From: an uncultured Solibacteraceae bacterium
GTDB taxonomy: Bacteria; Acidobacteriota; Vicinamibacteria; Vicinamibacterales; SCN-69-37
Reading direction: 5' to 3'
Assembly: GCA_964517075.1 (NCBI GenBank)
Contig: CAZFAT010000062.1
Coordinates: 1 to 48,643, forward strand
DNA: 48,643 nucleotides
This document shows, one piece after another, positions 9,763-20,112 of this stretch (the stretch's first letter is position 1; every line of letters begins with the position of its first letter). The position numbers and the translations under genes are program-made. Under the pieces are notes generated by a model. That model was given only the letters and a program-made list of their open reading frames with translations. It had not been told where the DNA came from and searched no databases.

Positions 9763-9935
9763 CCAGGCGGCCGGCCGGGCCGCGCCCCCTTGGCCAGGCC
9801 CCGGCGGCGCCGGGGGCTATAATGATGGACGTGACTGACCGCTCTGACCTCCGCTGTTGTCGGTGCTTCACGGGCCGCCATCGGAGGCACGCGTCTACGA
9901 GCCAGGGTTAGTCGCAGGCCGCAGGTGCTTTCCGG

Positions 9936-9972
9936 GCCCGGAACGGCTGTTCGTTCCGGGCTCTTTTCTTTT
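9936..9972 (+). terminator. intrinsic terminator-like hairpin in the 5' leader of the CysO-MoeZ fusion gene
   Basis: 10-bp stem GCCCGGAACG (9936-9945) / CGTTCCGGGC (9952-9961) and a 6-nt loop, followed by TCTTTTCTTTT (9962-9972). It ends 18 nt before the ATG at 9991. Confidence 0.6.
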
Positions 9973-9990
9973 CCGTCCAGGGACATCGAC

Positions 9991-11450
<1,460 letters not shown>

Positions 11451-11454
<4 letters not shown>

Positions 11455-12608
11455 CCTCCGTCTCCTTTCGTCGTCCGCGCCGGGTACGACCCGAAGATCT
11501 TCAGTGACAACGTCAGGCCGCTGATCTCGTCGAGCGCCCGCTGAACGTTGGGGTCGGTGACGTTGCCCTCGAAATCCACGTAGAACAGGTACTCGAACGG
11601 CCGGCCGGGGCGTGGTCGCGATTCCAGCTTCGTCAGGTTGAGGCCGTGCCCGGCGAGCACGTTCAGGCACGCCAGCAGCGCGCCGCGCTCGTGCGGCGTC
11701 ACGAACATCACCGACGTCTTGCAGGGAACGCGCGCGTCCCAGGGCTCGACCTCGCGCGCAATCACCAGGAACCGGGTGTAGTTCTCGCGGTGGTTCGCGA
11801 TGTCGCGCCGCAGCACGTGCAGGCCGTGCAGCGCGGCGGCCTCGGCGCTCGCAATCGACGCGTGCGTCGGGTTGTTCTCCGCCTTGACCCGCTCGACGCT
11901 CATCGCCGTGTCGGTGAAGGACTCGATCGTGCAATGGGGCAGCGAGGCCAGAAACGCGGTGCACTGCGAGAGCGCCTGCGGGTGCGAGTAGATCTTGCGC
12001 AGATCCTCGAGCGGTACGTCCGCCACGCCGACGAGGCACATCTCGATGCGCAGGACCTCCTCACCGACAATCGCCAGATCGGTGTGCGACAGCGCGTCGT
12101 AGGCGTCGTGCACCGAACCCGACGTCGTGTTCTCGATCGGCAGCATCGCGTAGTCGGCCGCGCCGGCGCGAACCTCCTCGAGAATCCCCCGGAACGTCGG
12201 CAGGCCCCGGTAGGTGACCGGCCCCTGCCGCGGCGCGAAGAACCGCCGCCCGGCGATATGGCTGAACGCGCCCTCCGATCCCTGGAAGACCACCGTGATG
12301 GGGCGATGACCGTCGCCGCCGCGCACGTTCATGCCGAGGTGGGCCTCCTGGGTCCGGACGGAGAAATCGACAATCTCCCGGAAGATGCGGACGACGAAGA
12401 GCTCGTCGAGTCCCAGGGCACGGGCCCGCTCAGCCAGCCGCGCCACCTGGCGCGACTCGCGCAGCACGTCGCGCAGCGGCACGTTCGTCCGCGATTTGAC
12501 GGCCGCCACCCGCTCGACCGCCTTCGATCGGCGCGCGAGCAGGTCCACGAGCTCGCCATCGATCTGGTCGAGTTCCTGTCGCAGGGTTTCGAGCCGGTCG
12601 CCGTCCAT
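11451..12608 (-). CDS. pheA: bifunctional chorismate mutase / prephenate dehydratase (P-protein)
   Basis: N-terminal CM_2 helix (LRQELDQIDGELVDLLARR), PDT domain (VVFQGSEGAFSH, LPIENTTSGSV) and ACT domain with ESRP (LTKLESRPRPG). GGAGAGGA SD upstream of the ATG at 12608. Its stop shares CTAG with the convergent gene. Confidence 0.9.
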
Positions 12609-12774
12609 GCGTATCCTCTCCGGCCGGCGGGACCACCGCGATCCTGCCGCCGACCCCCGCCACCCGGGCGGGAGGCATCAACATAGCGCGCCCCGGCGGG
12701 TTCGGCCAGCGTGGCGCCGCTCAGCCAATCCATTGACGATAAACATTAGTGATTCAGATTTAAACATTATTCGA

Positions 12775-12804
12775 TTGTCAAATAGCAGGCCCGACCGATA
12801 TAAG
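12775..12804 (+). promoter_or_regulatory. candidate sigma70-type promoter for ilvD (TTGTCA-18 nt-TATAAG)
   Basis: TTGTCA at 12775-12780 and TATAAG at 12799-12804, inside the only AT-rich patch of the pheA/ilvD divergent intergenic region. Promoter consensus for this lineage is unknown, so confidence is low. Confidence 0.3.
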
Positions 12805-12839
12805 TGTCAGGTCGGGTGGCTGAGGAACACCCCGGAAGC

Positions 12840-14531
12840 ATGAGCGAACGACAACCTACTCCGCCGGCCCGAGGCTCGAACCGGTCCCGGCTGGTCGAGG
12901 GACCCCAGCGGGCGCCGGCGCGTGCCATGCTCAAGGCCGTCGGCTATACCGACCGGGATCTCGAGCGCCCCCTCATCGGCGTGGCGAACACCTGGATCGA
13001 GATCGGCCCTTGCAATTACCACCTCCGCGAGCTCGCCGGTCCCGTGCGTGAAGGCATCCGCGCGGCCGGGGGCACTCCCATGGAGTTCAACACGGTCTCG
13101 ATTTCCGACGGGATCACGATGGGCACCTCGGGCATGCGGATGTCGCTGGTCAGCCGCGAGCTGATTGCGGACTCCATCGAGATGGTCGTGGACGGCAACC
13201 AGCTCGACGGCGTCATTGCGCTCGTGGGGTGCGACAAGACCATTCCGGGGGCGGTCATGGCGCTGGCCCGCATCAACGTCCCGGGCCTCGTGCTGTACGG
13301 CGGGTCCATTGCGCCGGGCCGGTTCGCCGGGCACGACGTGACGATTCAGGACGTGTTCGAGGCGGTGGGCGCGCACGCGGCGGGCCGCATGACCGGCGTG
13401 GAGCTCACCGCGCTCGAGAATGTCGCGTGTCCGGGCGCCGGGGCGTGCGGCGGGCAGTTCACCGCCAACACGATGTCTGGTGTCTGCGAGTTCCTGGGCA
13501 TCTCGGCCATGGGCAGCAATAACGTGCCCGCGCGTGACGGCGCCAAGGCCGGCATCGCGCGCGCGGCCGGCGCCCTCGTCGTGGACCTCGTGAAGCGTGG
13601 GGTCAGACCGCGGCAGATCCTGACGCCGGCCGCATTCGAGAACGCCATCGCGTCGGTCGCGGCCACGGGCGGCTCGACGAATGCCGTCCTGCACCTGCTG
13701 GCCATCGCCCGCGAGGCGGGCGTCGCGCTGGACCTCGGCCTCTTCGATCGCATCAGCGCGTCGGTGCCCTGGCTGGCCGACCTCAAGCCCGCCGGCCGGT
13801 TCGTCGCGACGGACCTGTATCGCGCCGGCGGTACGGCTCTCGTCGCGCGGCGGCTCGCGGAGCACGGCATGCTGAACACGGACGCGGTCACCGTGACCGG
13901 AAAGACGATCGGCGAGGAAGCCGCGGCGGCCACGGAAGCCGCCGGGCAGCAGGTCGTCCGCCCGCTCGCCTCGCCCCTCTCGCCGACCGGGGGGCTGGTC
14001 ATCCTGCGCGGCAGCCTGGCGCCTGACGGCTGCGTCCTGAAGGTGGCCGGCCACACGCGGCACAGCCATCGCGGCCCGGCCCGGGTCTTCGACGGCGAGG
14101 AGGCTACGTTCGCGGCCGTTCAGACGGGACAGATCGTTCCGGGCGACGTCATCGTCATTCGCTACGAAGGCCCGCGGGGCGGCCCGGGCATGCGCGAAAT
14201 GCTCGGGGTCACGGGCGCCATCGTCGGCGCCGGCCTGGGCGAATCGGTCGCGCTCGTCACCGACGGCCGCTTCTCGGGCGCCACGCACGGGTTCATGGTC
14301 GGACATGTCGCGCCGGAAGCCGCCTCGGGCGGCCCGATCGCCGTCGTGCGGAATGGCGACATCGTGTCGATCGACGTCGAGGCGCGCCGGATTGATCTCG
14401 AGGTGCCCGCGGCCGAGCTGGCGTCGCGGCTGAAGGCCTGGTCGGCGCCCCCGCCGCGCGCGACCGGCGGTGTGCTCCCGAAGTACGCGAAGCTCGTGTC
14501 GTCGGCCTCCGAGGGGGCGGTTACGGGATAA
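12840..14531 (+). CDS. ilvD: dihydroxy-acid dehydratase
   Basis: [42 protein letters not shown] and TDGRFSG motifs. I prefer the ATG at 12840 over the GTG at 12804. Confidence 0.9.
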   Translation: MSERQPTPPARGSNRSRLVEGPQRAPARAMLKAVGYTDRDLERPLIGVANTWIEIGPCNYHLRELAGPVREGIRAAGGTPMEFNTVSISDGITMGTSGMRMSLVSRELIADSIEMVVDGNQLDGVIALVGCDKTIPGAVMALARINVPGLVLYGGSIAPGRFAGHDVTIQDVFEAVGAHAAGRMTGVELTALENVACPGAGACGGQFTANTMSGVCEFLGISAMGSNNVPARDGAKAGIARAAGALVVDLVKRGVRPRQILTPAAFENAIASVAATGGSTNAVLHLLAIAREAGVALDLGLFDRISASVPWLADLKPAGRFVATDLYRAGGTALVARRLAEHGMLNTDAVTVTGKTIGEEAAAATEAAGQQVVRPLASPLSPTGGLVILRGSLAPDGCVLKVAGHTRHSHRGPARVFDGEEATFAAVQTGQIVPGDVIVIRYEGPRGGPGMREMLGVTGAIVGAGLGESVALVTDGRFSGATHGFMVGHVAPEAASGGPIAVVRNGDIVSIDVEARRIDLEVPAAELASRLKAWSAPPPRATGGVLPKYAKLVSSASEGAVTG

Positions 14532-14538
14532 GGACGGA

Positions 14539-14666
14539 CATTGACGATTGGTTGATTGGGAGATTGAGGATTGGATTGACGATTGACTCATTGCCGATCG
14601 ATGCCGGTTTCAATCGTCAATCGCACAAATCCAATCCTCAATCACCGAATCAGCAAATCGTCAATG
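14539..14666. repeat. heptamer-periodic hairpin element B (GATTGNN / CAATCNN type), 128 nt
   Basis: The left arm 14539-14587 pairs with the right arm 14616-14666 (14539 with 14666 inward, about 40 Watson-Crick pairs, few mismatches, one U:G at 14552/14653). ATTG recurs every 7-8 nt. It lies 7 nt after the ilvD stop and 34 nt before the ilvB ATG. Confidence 0.85.
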
Positions 14667-14700
14667 AACCGTTCTTGACGGTGTCAGTGAGGAGTCATTT

Positions 14701-16410
14701 ATGCGTCTGACAGGTGCGGAAATTCTCTGGGACTGTCTGGTCCGCGAAGGGGTGACCGACGTGTTCGGCTATCCCGGCGGCGCGATTCTCCCGGCCTACG
14801 ACGCGATGCTGAAGTACCCGATCCGCCACGTGCTCGTACGCCACGAGCAGGGCGCGACGCACATGGCCGACGGCTACGCGCGCGCGAGCGGCCGCGTGGG
14901 CGTGGCCGTCGCCACGAGCGGGCCCGGCGCCACCAACATGGTCACCGGCATCGCCACCGCCATGATGGACTCCTCGCCGATCGTCTGCATCACCGGCCAG
15001 GTCGGCAGCCGGCTCATCGGGTCGGACGCGTTCCAGGAGACGGACATCACCGGCATCACGCTGCCGGTGACCAAGCACAACTACCTGGTGACGCGCGCGG
15101 ACGAAGTCGCGTCGCCAGTGCGCGAGGCCTTTCTCGTCGCGAAATCCGGTCGGCCCGGCCCGGTCCTGATCGACATCACCAAGGACGCCCAGCAGTCGTC
15201 GTGCGCCTTCGACTGGGACGCGGCCGCTCCGGACGACAGCGTGAACCGGAAATCGCCACCGATGAACGACGAGAACATGCGGCAGGCCATCGCGCTCATC
15301 GCGTCGGCCCGGCGACCGCTGATTCTGGCCGGCCACGGCATCCTCCTCGCCAACGCCACCGAGGATCTGCGCGCGTTCGTGACCGCGACCGGGATTCCGG
15401 TCGCGGTCACCCTCCTCGGCATCGGCTGTCTGCCCGCCTCGCATCCACTGAATCTGGGCATGATGGGCATGCACGGCGAGGCCTGGGTGAACACCGCCAT
15501 CCAGGAGGCCGACCTGCTCATCGCGCTCGGCATGCGCTTCGACGATCGGGTGACCGGCAACCTGAAGACCTACGCGCAGGAAGCCCGCAAGATTCACGTG
15601 GACATCGACCCGGCCGAGATCGGCAAGAACGTCCCGACCGACGTCGGCATCGTCGCCGACGTCCGCGACGCCCTGCGGGCGTGGGGGCCGGCGCTCGAGC
15701 GGCTGGACGTGTCCGACTGGGTGGCCCGCATCGACGCGTTGAAGGGCGATTCGGCCGTGCGCGATATCCAGAACCTGCCCGATGACGGACATCTGTACGC
15801 GGCCCACGTGATCAACGACCTCTGGCGCGCGACGCACGGTCAGGCCGTGGTCGTGACCGACGTCGGCCAGCATCAGATGTGGGAAGCGCAGTACTACCAC
15901 CACGAGCTGCCGCGAACGCTGATTACGTCGGGCGGGCTCGGCACGATGGGCTTCGCGCTTCCGGCCGCCATCGGCGCCAAGATGGCCTGCCCCGATGCCG
16001 AGGTCTGGGCGATTGTCGGCGACGGCGGTTTCCAGATGACGATGTGCGAGCTGGCGACGATTCAGCAGGAGCGGCTGAAGGTCAATATCGCGATCATCAA
16101 CAACGGCTATCTCGGCATGGTGCGCCAGTGGCAGGAGTTCTTCTACGAGCGCCGCTACGCCGCCACGCCGCTCTTGAGCCCCGACTTCGTCAAACTCGCG
16201 GGGGCCTACGGCATCGAGTCGTGCGGCGTGACCTCGCGCAAGGACGTGATCCCGGCCGTCGAGTCGGCGCGCGCCCACACCGGCGCGGTGCTGCTGGACT
16301 TCAAGGTCGAGCAGGAAGACTCGGTGTTCCCGATGGTGCCGGCCGGCGCGGATCTCCACAAGATGATCCGTCGCCCGACGCCGCTCGCGGAGACGGGCGC
16401 GGACCGGTAG
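14701..16410 (+). CDS. ilvB: acetolactate synthase, large (catalytic) subunit
   Basis: MRLTGAEILWDCLVREGVTDVFGYPGGAILP..., the TPP motif GDGGFQMTMCELATI and NNGYLGMVRQWQ. GAGGAG SD upstream. Confidence 0.92.
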   Translation: MRLTGAEILWDCLVREGVTDVFGYPGGAILPAYDAMLKYPIRHVLVRHEQGATHMADGYARASGRVGVAVATSGPGATNMVTGIATAMMDSSPIVCITGQVGSRLIGSDAFQETDITGITLPVTKHNYLVTRADEVASPVREAFLVAKSGRPGPVLIDITKDAQQSSCAFDWDAAAPDDSVNRKSPPMNDENMRQAIALIASARRPLILAGHGILLANATEDLRAFVTATGIPVAVTLLGIGCLPASHPLNLGMMGMHGEAWVNTAIQEADLLIALGMRFDDRVTGNLKTYAQEARKIHVDIDPAEIGKNVPTDVGIVADVRDALRAWGPALERLDVSDWVARIDALKGDSAVRDIQNLPDDGHLYAAHVINDLWRATHGQAVVVTDVGQHQMWEAQYYHHELPRTLITSGGLGTMGFALPAAIGAKMACPDAEVWAIVGDGGFQMTMCELATIQQERLKVNIAIINNGYLGMVRQWQEFFYERRYAATPLLSPDFVKLAGAYGIESCGVTSRKDVIPAVESARAHTGAVLLDFKVEQEDSVFPMVPAGADLHKMIRRPTPLAETGADR

Positions 16411-16456
16411 TGACGTCGTTGCCGGGAACAGCAGAGCAACGTTTCAGGAGACCGAG

Positions 16457-17005
16457 ATGTCCATCACCTTCGTCGTCTACGTCGCCGACAAGCCGGGGGC
16501 GCTCAATCGCGTCGCTTCGCTGGTGCGCCGGCGCGGGTACAACATCGAATCGCTGACGGTGGGCCACACCGGCACGCCGGGCCTCTCGCGCATGACGGTC
16601 GTCGTCGACGCGACGGCCGACGCGGCGGCCCGCATCGAGGCCAACCTCTACAAGCTCGTGCACGTGCAGCGCGTCGAGAACGTCACGGCCGTTCCCGCCG
16701 TGTACCGCTATCTCGCGCTGATCAAGGTGGCCGCCACCGCCGAGTCGCGCAGCCAGGTCATGCAGCTCGTGGACGGGTTCCGCGCGCGGGTGGTGGACGT
16801 CGCGCCCGATTCGCTGATCATCGAGATCACCGGCGCCGACGAGAAGATCGACGGCCTGCTCGAAATTCTGCGGCCGTTCGGCGTGCTCGAAGTAGCGCGC
16901 ACCGGATGCCTGGCGATGGCGCGCGGCGTGTCCGGCCGGACGCCGGCACAGGCCGCGGGTTCATCCACCGATCACCTCGACGCCACCGTCTCGTTTTCCG
17001 TCTAA
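16457..17005 (+). CDS. ilvN: acetolactate synthase, small (regulatory) subunit
   Basis: ACT domain [26 protein letters not shown] and position directly after ilvB. AGGAGA SD. Confidence 0.9.
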   Translation: MSITFVVYVADKPGALNRVASLVRRRGYNIESLTVGHTGTPGLSRMTVVVDATADAAARIEANLYKLVHVQRVENVTAVPAVYRYLALIKVAATAESRSQVMQLVDGFRARVVDVAPDSLIIEITGADEKIDGLLEILRPFGVLEVARTGCLAMARGVSGRTPAQAAGSSTDHLDATVSFSV

Positions 17006-17069
17006 TCGGCCGCGCGGGCGGCGCCGCCCGCGCGTGTCAGTGCCCTTTTCTTTCCCAGCGAGGAGTTCC

Positions 17070-18098
17070 ATGGCCACGATCTACTCCGCCCGCGATGCCG
17101 ACCTGTCCCTGATCCGCGCGAAGCGCGTGGCCGTGCTCGGCTACGGGTCGCAGGGACACGCGCACGCCCTCAACCTGCGCGACAGCGGCGTCACGGTGAA
17201 GGTCGGCCTCCCACCGGCCAGCCGCTCGCGGGCGGCCGCGCAGAAAGACGGCCTCGAGGTGGTCACGCCCGGCGACGCCGCGCAGTGGGCCGACGTGATC
17301 ATGGTACTGGTCCCCGATACGAGCCAGGCGGCGCTCTATCGCGACGCCATCGCGCCCGCGCTCACGGCCGGCAAGATGCTCATGTTCGCTCACGGCTTCA
17401 ACATCCGCTTCGGCACCATCGTCCCGCCGGCCAACGTGGACGTGGCGATGATCGCGCCGAAGTCGCCGGGCCATCGGGTGCGCGAGCTGTATGTCGAGGG
17501 CGGCGGCACGCCGGCGCTCATCGCGGTGCACCAGGACGCCACGGGGAAGGCCAAGGCGCTCGCGCTCTCCTACGGGTCCGCCATTGGCGTCGGCCGCGCC
17601 GGGATCGTCGAAACCACGTTTGCCGAGGAGACGGAAACCGACCTGTTCGGGGAGCAGGCAGTGCTCTGCGGCGGCGTCAGCGCGCTCGTCAAGGCCGGGT
17701 TCGAGACGCTCGTCGAGGCCGGCTACCAGCCTGAGATCGCCTACTTCGAGTGCCTGCACGAGCTGAAGCTCATCGTCGACCTGATGTACCGCGGCGGTCT
17801 GAACTACATGCGGTACTCGGTCAGCGACACGGCCGAGCACGGCGACTACACGGGCGGTCCACGCATCGTCACCGACGAGACGCGCCGCGAGATGCGGAAG
17901 ATGCTGACGGAGATCCAGGAGGGCGTCTACGCGAAGAAGTGGGTCGCCGAGCACGAGGCCGGTCGCCCCTGGTTCAATGCGACCCGGGCGCGCGAGCGGG
18001 AGCAGCTCCTCGAGCGCGTCGGCGCCGACCTGCGCCGGATGATGCCCTTCGTCAACCCGGTGGTGGCGCCCGACCAGACGGCCCTGCAGACGCGATAA
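17070..18098 (+). CDS. ilvC: ketol-acid reductoisomerase (NADP+)
   Basis: The ATG at 17070 is preceded by AGGAG at 17061-17065. Motifs [28 protein letters not shown] and the C-terminal LxEIQ.G.YAK.W. Confidence 0.92.
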   Translation: MATIYSARDADLSLIRAKRVAVLGYGSQGHAHALNLRDSGVTVKVGLPPASRSRAAAQKDGLEVVTPGDAAQWADVIMVLVPDTSQAALYRDAIAPALTAGKMLMFAHGFNIRFGTIVPPANVDVAMIAPKSPGHRVRELYVEGGGTPALIAVHQDATGKAKALALSYGSAIGVGRAGIVETTFAEETETDLFGEQAVLCGGVSALVKAGFETLVEAGYQPEIAYFECLHELKLIVDLMYRGGLNYMRYSVSDTAEHGDYTGGPRIVTDETRREMRKMLTEIQEGVYAKKWVAEHEAGRPWFNATRAREREQLLERVGADLRRMMPFVNPVVAPDQTALQTR

Positions 18099-18106
18099 GT
18101 CGCCGC

Positions 18107-18168
18107 GAGTTCAGTTCGGGGGTCTCGACAGCTACCGGAGACCGAAGACCGGCGACCGAAAACCGCCT
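18107..18168. repeat. heptamer-periodic element C (short hairpin plus GACCGAA array)
   Basis: GGTCTC (18121-18126) pairs with GAGACC (18138-18143). An exact 7-nt array follows: GACCGAA GACCGGC GACCGAA AACCGCC (18141-18168), then a pyrimidine tract. It starts 9 nt after the ilvC stop. Confidence 0.6.
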
Positions 18169-18245
18169 CCTTCCCTTTCTCTCCTGAAACGGGACATGAT
18201 CGGATGTTCGCTCGCGTCCCCCGCGAGCCACAGGAGACGTCTCTC

Positions 18246-19421
18246 GTGTTCAAAGTGCTCACACTCAACAACATCGCGAAGGTCGGGCTGTCCCGCCTTC
18301 CCTCCGACGCCTATCAGATTGGCAACGACATCAAGGACCCTGACGCCGTGCTCGTGCGCTCGGCGAGCATGCATGCGAGCCCGATTCCGCCGAGCCTGAA
18401 GGCTGTGGGGCGGGCCGGCGCCGGCGTGAACAACATTCCGGTGGCCCGGCTCAGCGAGAAGGGGATTCCCGTCTTCAACGCCCCGGGCGCCAACTCGAAC
18501 GCCGTCAAGGAGCTGGTGGTCGCCGGCCTCGTGCTGGCCTGCCGCCAGATCTGCGAGGCCTGGGACTTCGCCCGGACGCTCGAGGGCTCGGACGACGAGC
18601 TGGCGAAGGCGGTGGAGGCCGGCAAGAAGAACTTCGCGGGCTTCGAGCTGCCCGGCCGGACGCTGGGCGTCATCGGCCTGGGCGCCATTGGCCGGCTCGT
18701 CGCAAATGCCGGCGTGGGCCTCAGCATGCAGGTCATCGGGTTCGACCCCGGCCTGACGGTCGAAGGCGCCTGGCACCTCTCGTCCTCGGTCAAGAAGGCC
18801 CGATCGATTGAAGAAGTGCTGCGCGAGGCGGACTTCCTGACGGTGCACGTCCCGCTGAACGACGCGACCCGCCATCTCGTCAACGCCGACCGGATCAAGA
18901 CGATGAAGAAGGGCGTGGTCCTGCTGAACTTCGCGCGTGAGGGCATCATGGACGACCAGGCCATCGTGGACGCCATCGACGCCGGGCGCGTGCACGCCTA
19001 CATCAGCGATTTTCCGACGAACCTGACGAAGAACCACCGTCGGTGCGTGACGCTGCCGCACCTGGGCGCGTCGACCGCCGAGGCCGAAGACAACTGCGCC
19101 ATCATGGTGGCCGATCAGGTGCGGGACTTCCTGGAGAACGGCAACGTCCGCAACGCGGTCAACTTCCCGGAAGTCGTCGTGCCGCGCCGGACGGCCCACC
19201 GGCTGATCTGCGCGAACGCCAACGTGCCGAACATGCTCGGCCAGATCTCCGAGGCCTTCGGCCAGGCCGGCCTGAACATCCACGACATGGTCAACTCGTC
19301 GAAGGGCGACCTCGCCTACACGGTCGTCGACCTGGACGTGCCGGTTCCTCCGACGGTCTTCAAGCAAGTGTCCTCGATCAAAGGCGTGCTGATGGCGCGG
19401 TTGATGGATCAACCGAAGTAG
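18246..19421 (+). CDS. serA: D-3-phosphoglycerate dehydrogenase (with C-terminal ACT domain)
   Basis: 2-Hacid_dh fold (GRTLGVIGLGAIGRLVA, LTVHVPL, LLNFAREG, PHLGAST) plus an ACT-like tail. I prefer the GTG at 18246 (VFKVLTLNN) because AGGAG lies 9 nt upstream. The track start is the ATG at 18204. Confidence 0.85.
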   Translation: MFKVLTLNNIAKVGLSRLPSDAYQIGNDIKDPDAVLVRSASMHASPIPPSLKAVGRAGAGVNNIPVARLSEKGIPVFNAPGANSNAVKELVVAGLVLACRQICEAWDFARTLEGSDDELAKAVEAGKKNFAGFELPGRTLGVIGLGAIGRLVANAGVGLSMQVIGFDPGLTVEGAWHLSSSVKKARSIEEVLREADFLTVHVPLNDATRHLVNADRIKTMKKGVVLLNFAREGIMDDQAIVDAIDAGRVHAYISDFPTNLTKNHRRCVTLPHLGASTAEAEDNCAIMVADQVRDFLENGNVRNAVNFPEVVVPRRTAHRLICANANVPNMLGQISEAFGQAGLNIHDMVNSSKGDLAYTVVDLDVPVPPTVFKQVSSIKGVLMARLMDQPK

Positions 19422-19429
19422 CCATCTGC

Positions 19430-19645
19430 CTATCGGCTATTGGCTATTGGCTATCGCGATTGAGTTATTGGGCTATTGAACGGTTATTGGGCTATTGATT
19501 GGGTTATTGGAGGATTGGGTTATTGGACAATTTGGCTATTGATGGGCGAGTCGCTGATTCGCGACTGCGCGCTTCAGCGACTACCAATAACCCGATCAAT
19601 AGCCCAATAACTCAATCGCGATAGCCAATAACCAATAGCCGATAG
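19430..19645. repeat. heptamer-periodic hairpin element D (GGCTATT / AATAGCC type), 216 nt with a 50-bp outer stem
   Basis: 19430-19479 is the reverse complement of 19596-19645 with a single mismatch (C19444/A19631). TTATTGG-type units recur every 7 nt. A nested GC-rich hairpin spans 19549-19582. It fills the whole gap between the convergent stops. Confidence 0.9.
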
Positions 19646-20101
19646 CTAGATGCGACCGATAGCCGCCATCAGTTCCTCGACATCCGGCTGTTCGGGGATG
19701 TCATACAGCCGGATCCATTTGATGGTCCCTTCCTTGTCTATGACAAAGATGGCTCTTTCCGCGATGCCGTCGTCGCGCATCACTCCGTAGCTCGCGGCGG
19801 CCTGGCCGCGGGGGTGGAAGTCGCTCAGCAGATCGAACGAGATGCCGCCGAGGGCGTCGGCCCAGGCGCGCTTCGCGGGTGAGGCGTCGGTGCTGATCGC
19901 CAGCACGTGCGTGTCCAGCGCCGCGAACCGGGGCTGCTCGCGCTCGTACGTCTGCATCTGCACCGCACAGACCGGCGTGAACGCCAGCACGTGAAACGCC
20001 AGCACTACCGTCTTCTTCCCACGGAAGTCCGTGAGGCGGACCGTGTGTCCCTGGTGGCTGAGCAGCGCAAAGTCAGGAGCGGCCGTTCCGACCGGCAGCA
20101 T
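19646..20101 (-). CDS. peroxiredoxin (AhpC/TSA family)
   Basis: 151 aa from the internal ATG at 20101 ([18 protein letters not shown]...[18 protein letters not shown]). The peroxidatic Cys sits in FTPVC. The longer track ORF (to 20353) runs into the aquaporin gene and is rejected. Confidence 0.85.
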   Translation of the reverse strand: MLPVGTAAPDFALLSHQGHTVRLTDFRGKKTVVLAFHVLAFTPVCAVQMQTYEREQPRFAALDTHVLAISTDASPAKRAWADALGGISFDLLSDFHPRGQAAASYGVMRDDGIAERAIFVIDKEGTIKWIRLYDIPEQPDVEELMAAIGRI

Positions 20102-20112
20102 CGAAGACACCG

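Noticed and set aside
9763-9817. GC-rich palindromes (GGCCGGCC and CCCCGGCGGCGCCGGGG) after the cytochrome-protein stop, and TTGGCC as a -35 box for the TATAAT at 9818
   Set aside because: The palindromes lack a U-tract, so a terminator call is unsupported. The TTGGCC-to-TATAAT spacing is 22 nt, too long for a sigma70-type promoter, so only the -10 hexamer is noted (inside a finding).
12807-16359. Long minus-strand ORFs 12807-14591 (594 aa) and 14695-16359 (554 aa)
   Set aside because: They are antisense to ilvD and ilvB, whose identities are unambiguous.
17011-17060. GC-rich palindrome CGCGCGGGCGG/CCGCCCGCGCG after ilvN, considered as a terminator
   Set aside because: The stem is real. However, the loop is only 2 nt and the T-rich run (CCCTTTTCTTTCC) begins about 10 nt after the stem, directly before the ilvC SD. 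I could not support a terminator call. It may be an intercistronic structure.
19430-19645. Heptamer arrays considered as a CRISPR array or as an IS element/MITE
   Set aside because: They are not CRISPR: the units are ~7 nt with no spacers and no cas genes. They are not an IS: no ORF lies between the inverted repeats. A MITE cannot be fully excluded. I see no target-site duplication, however, and the different copies in the window share architecture rather than sequence.
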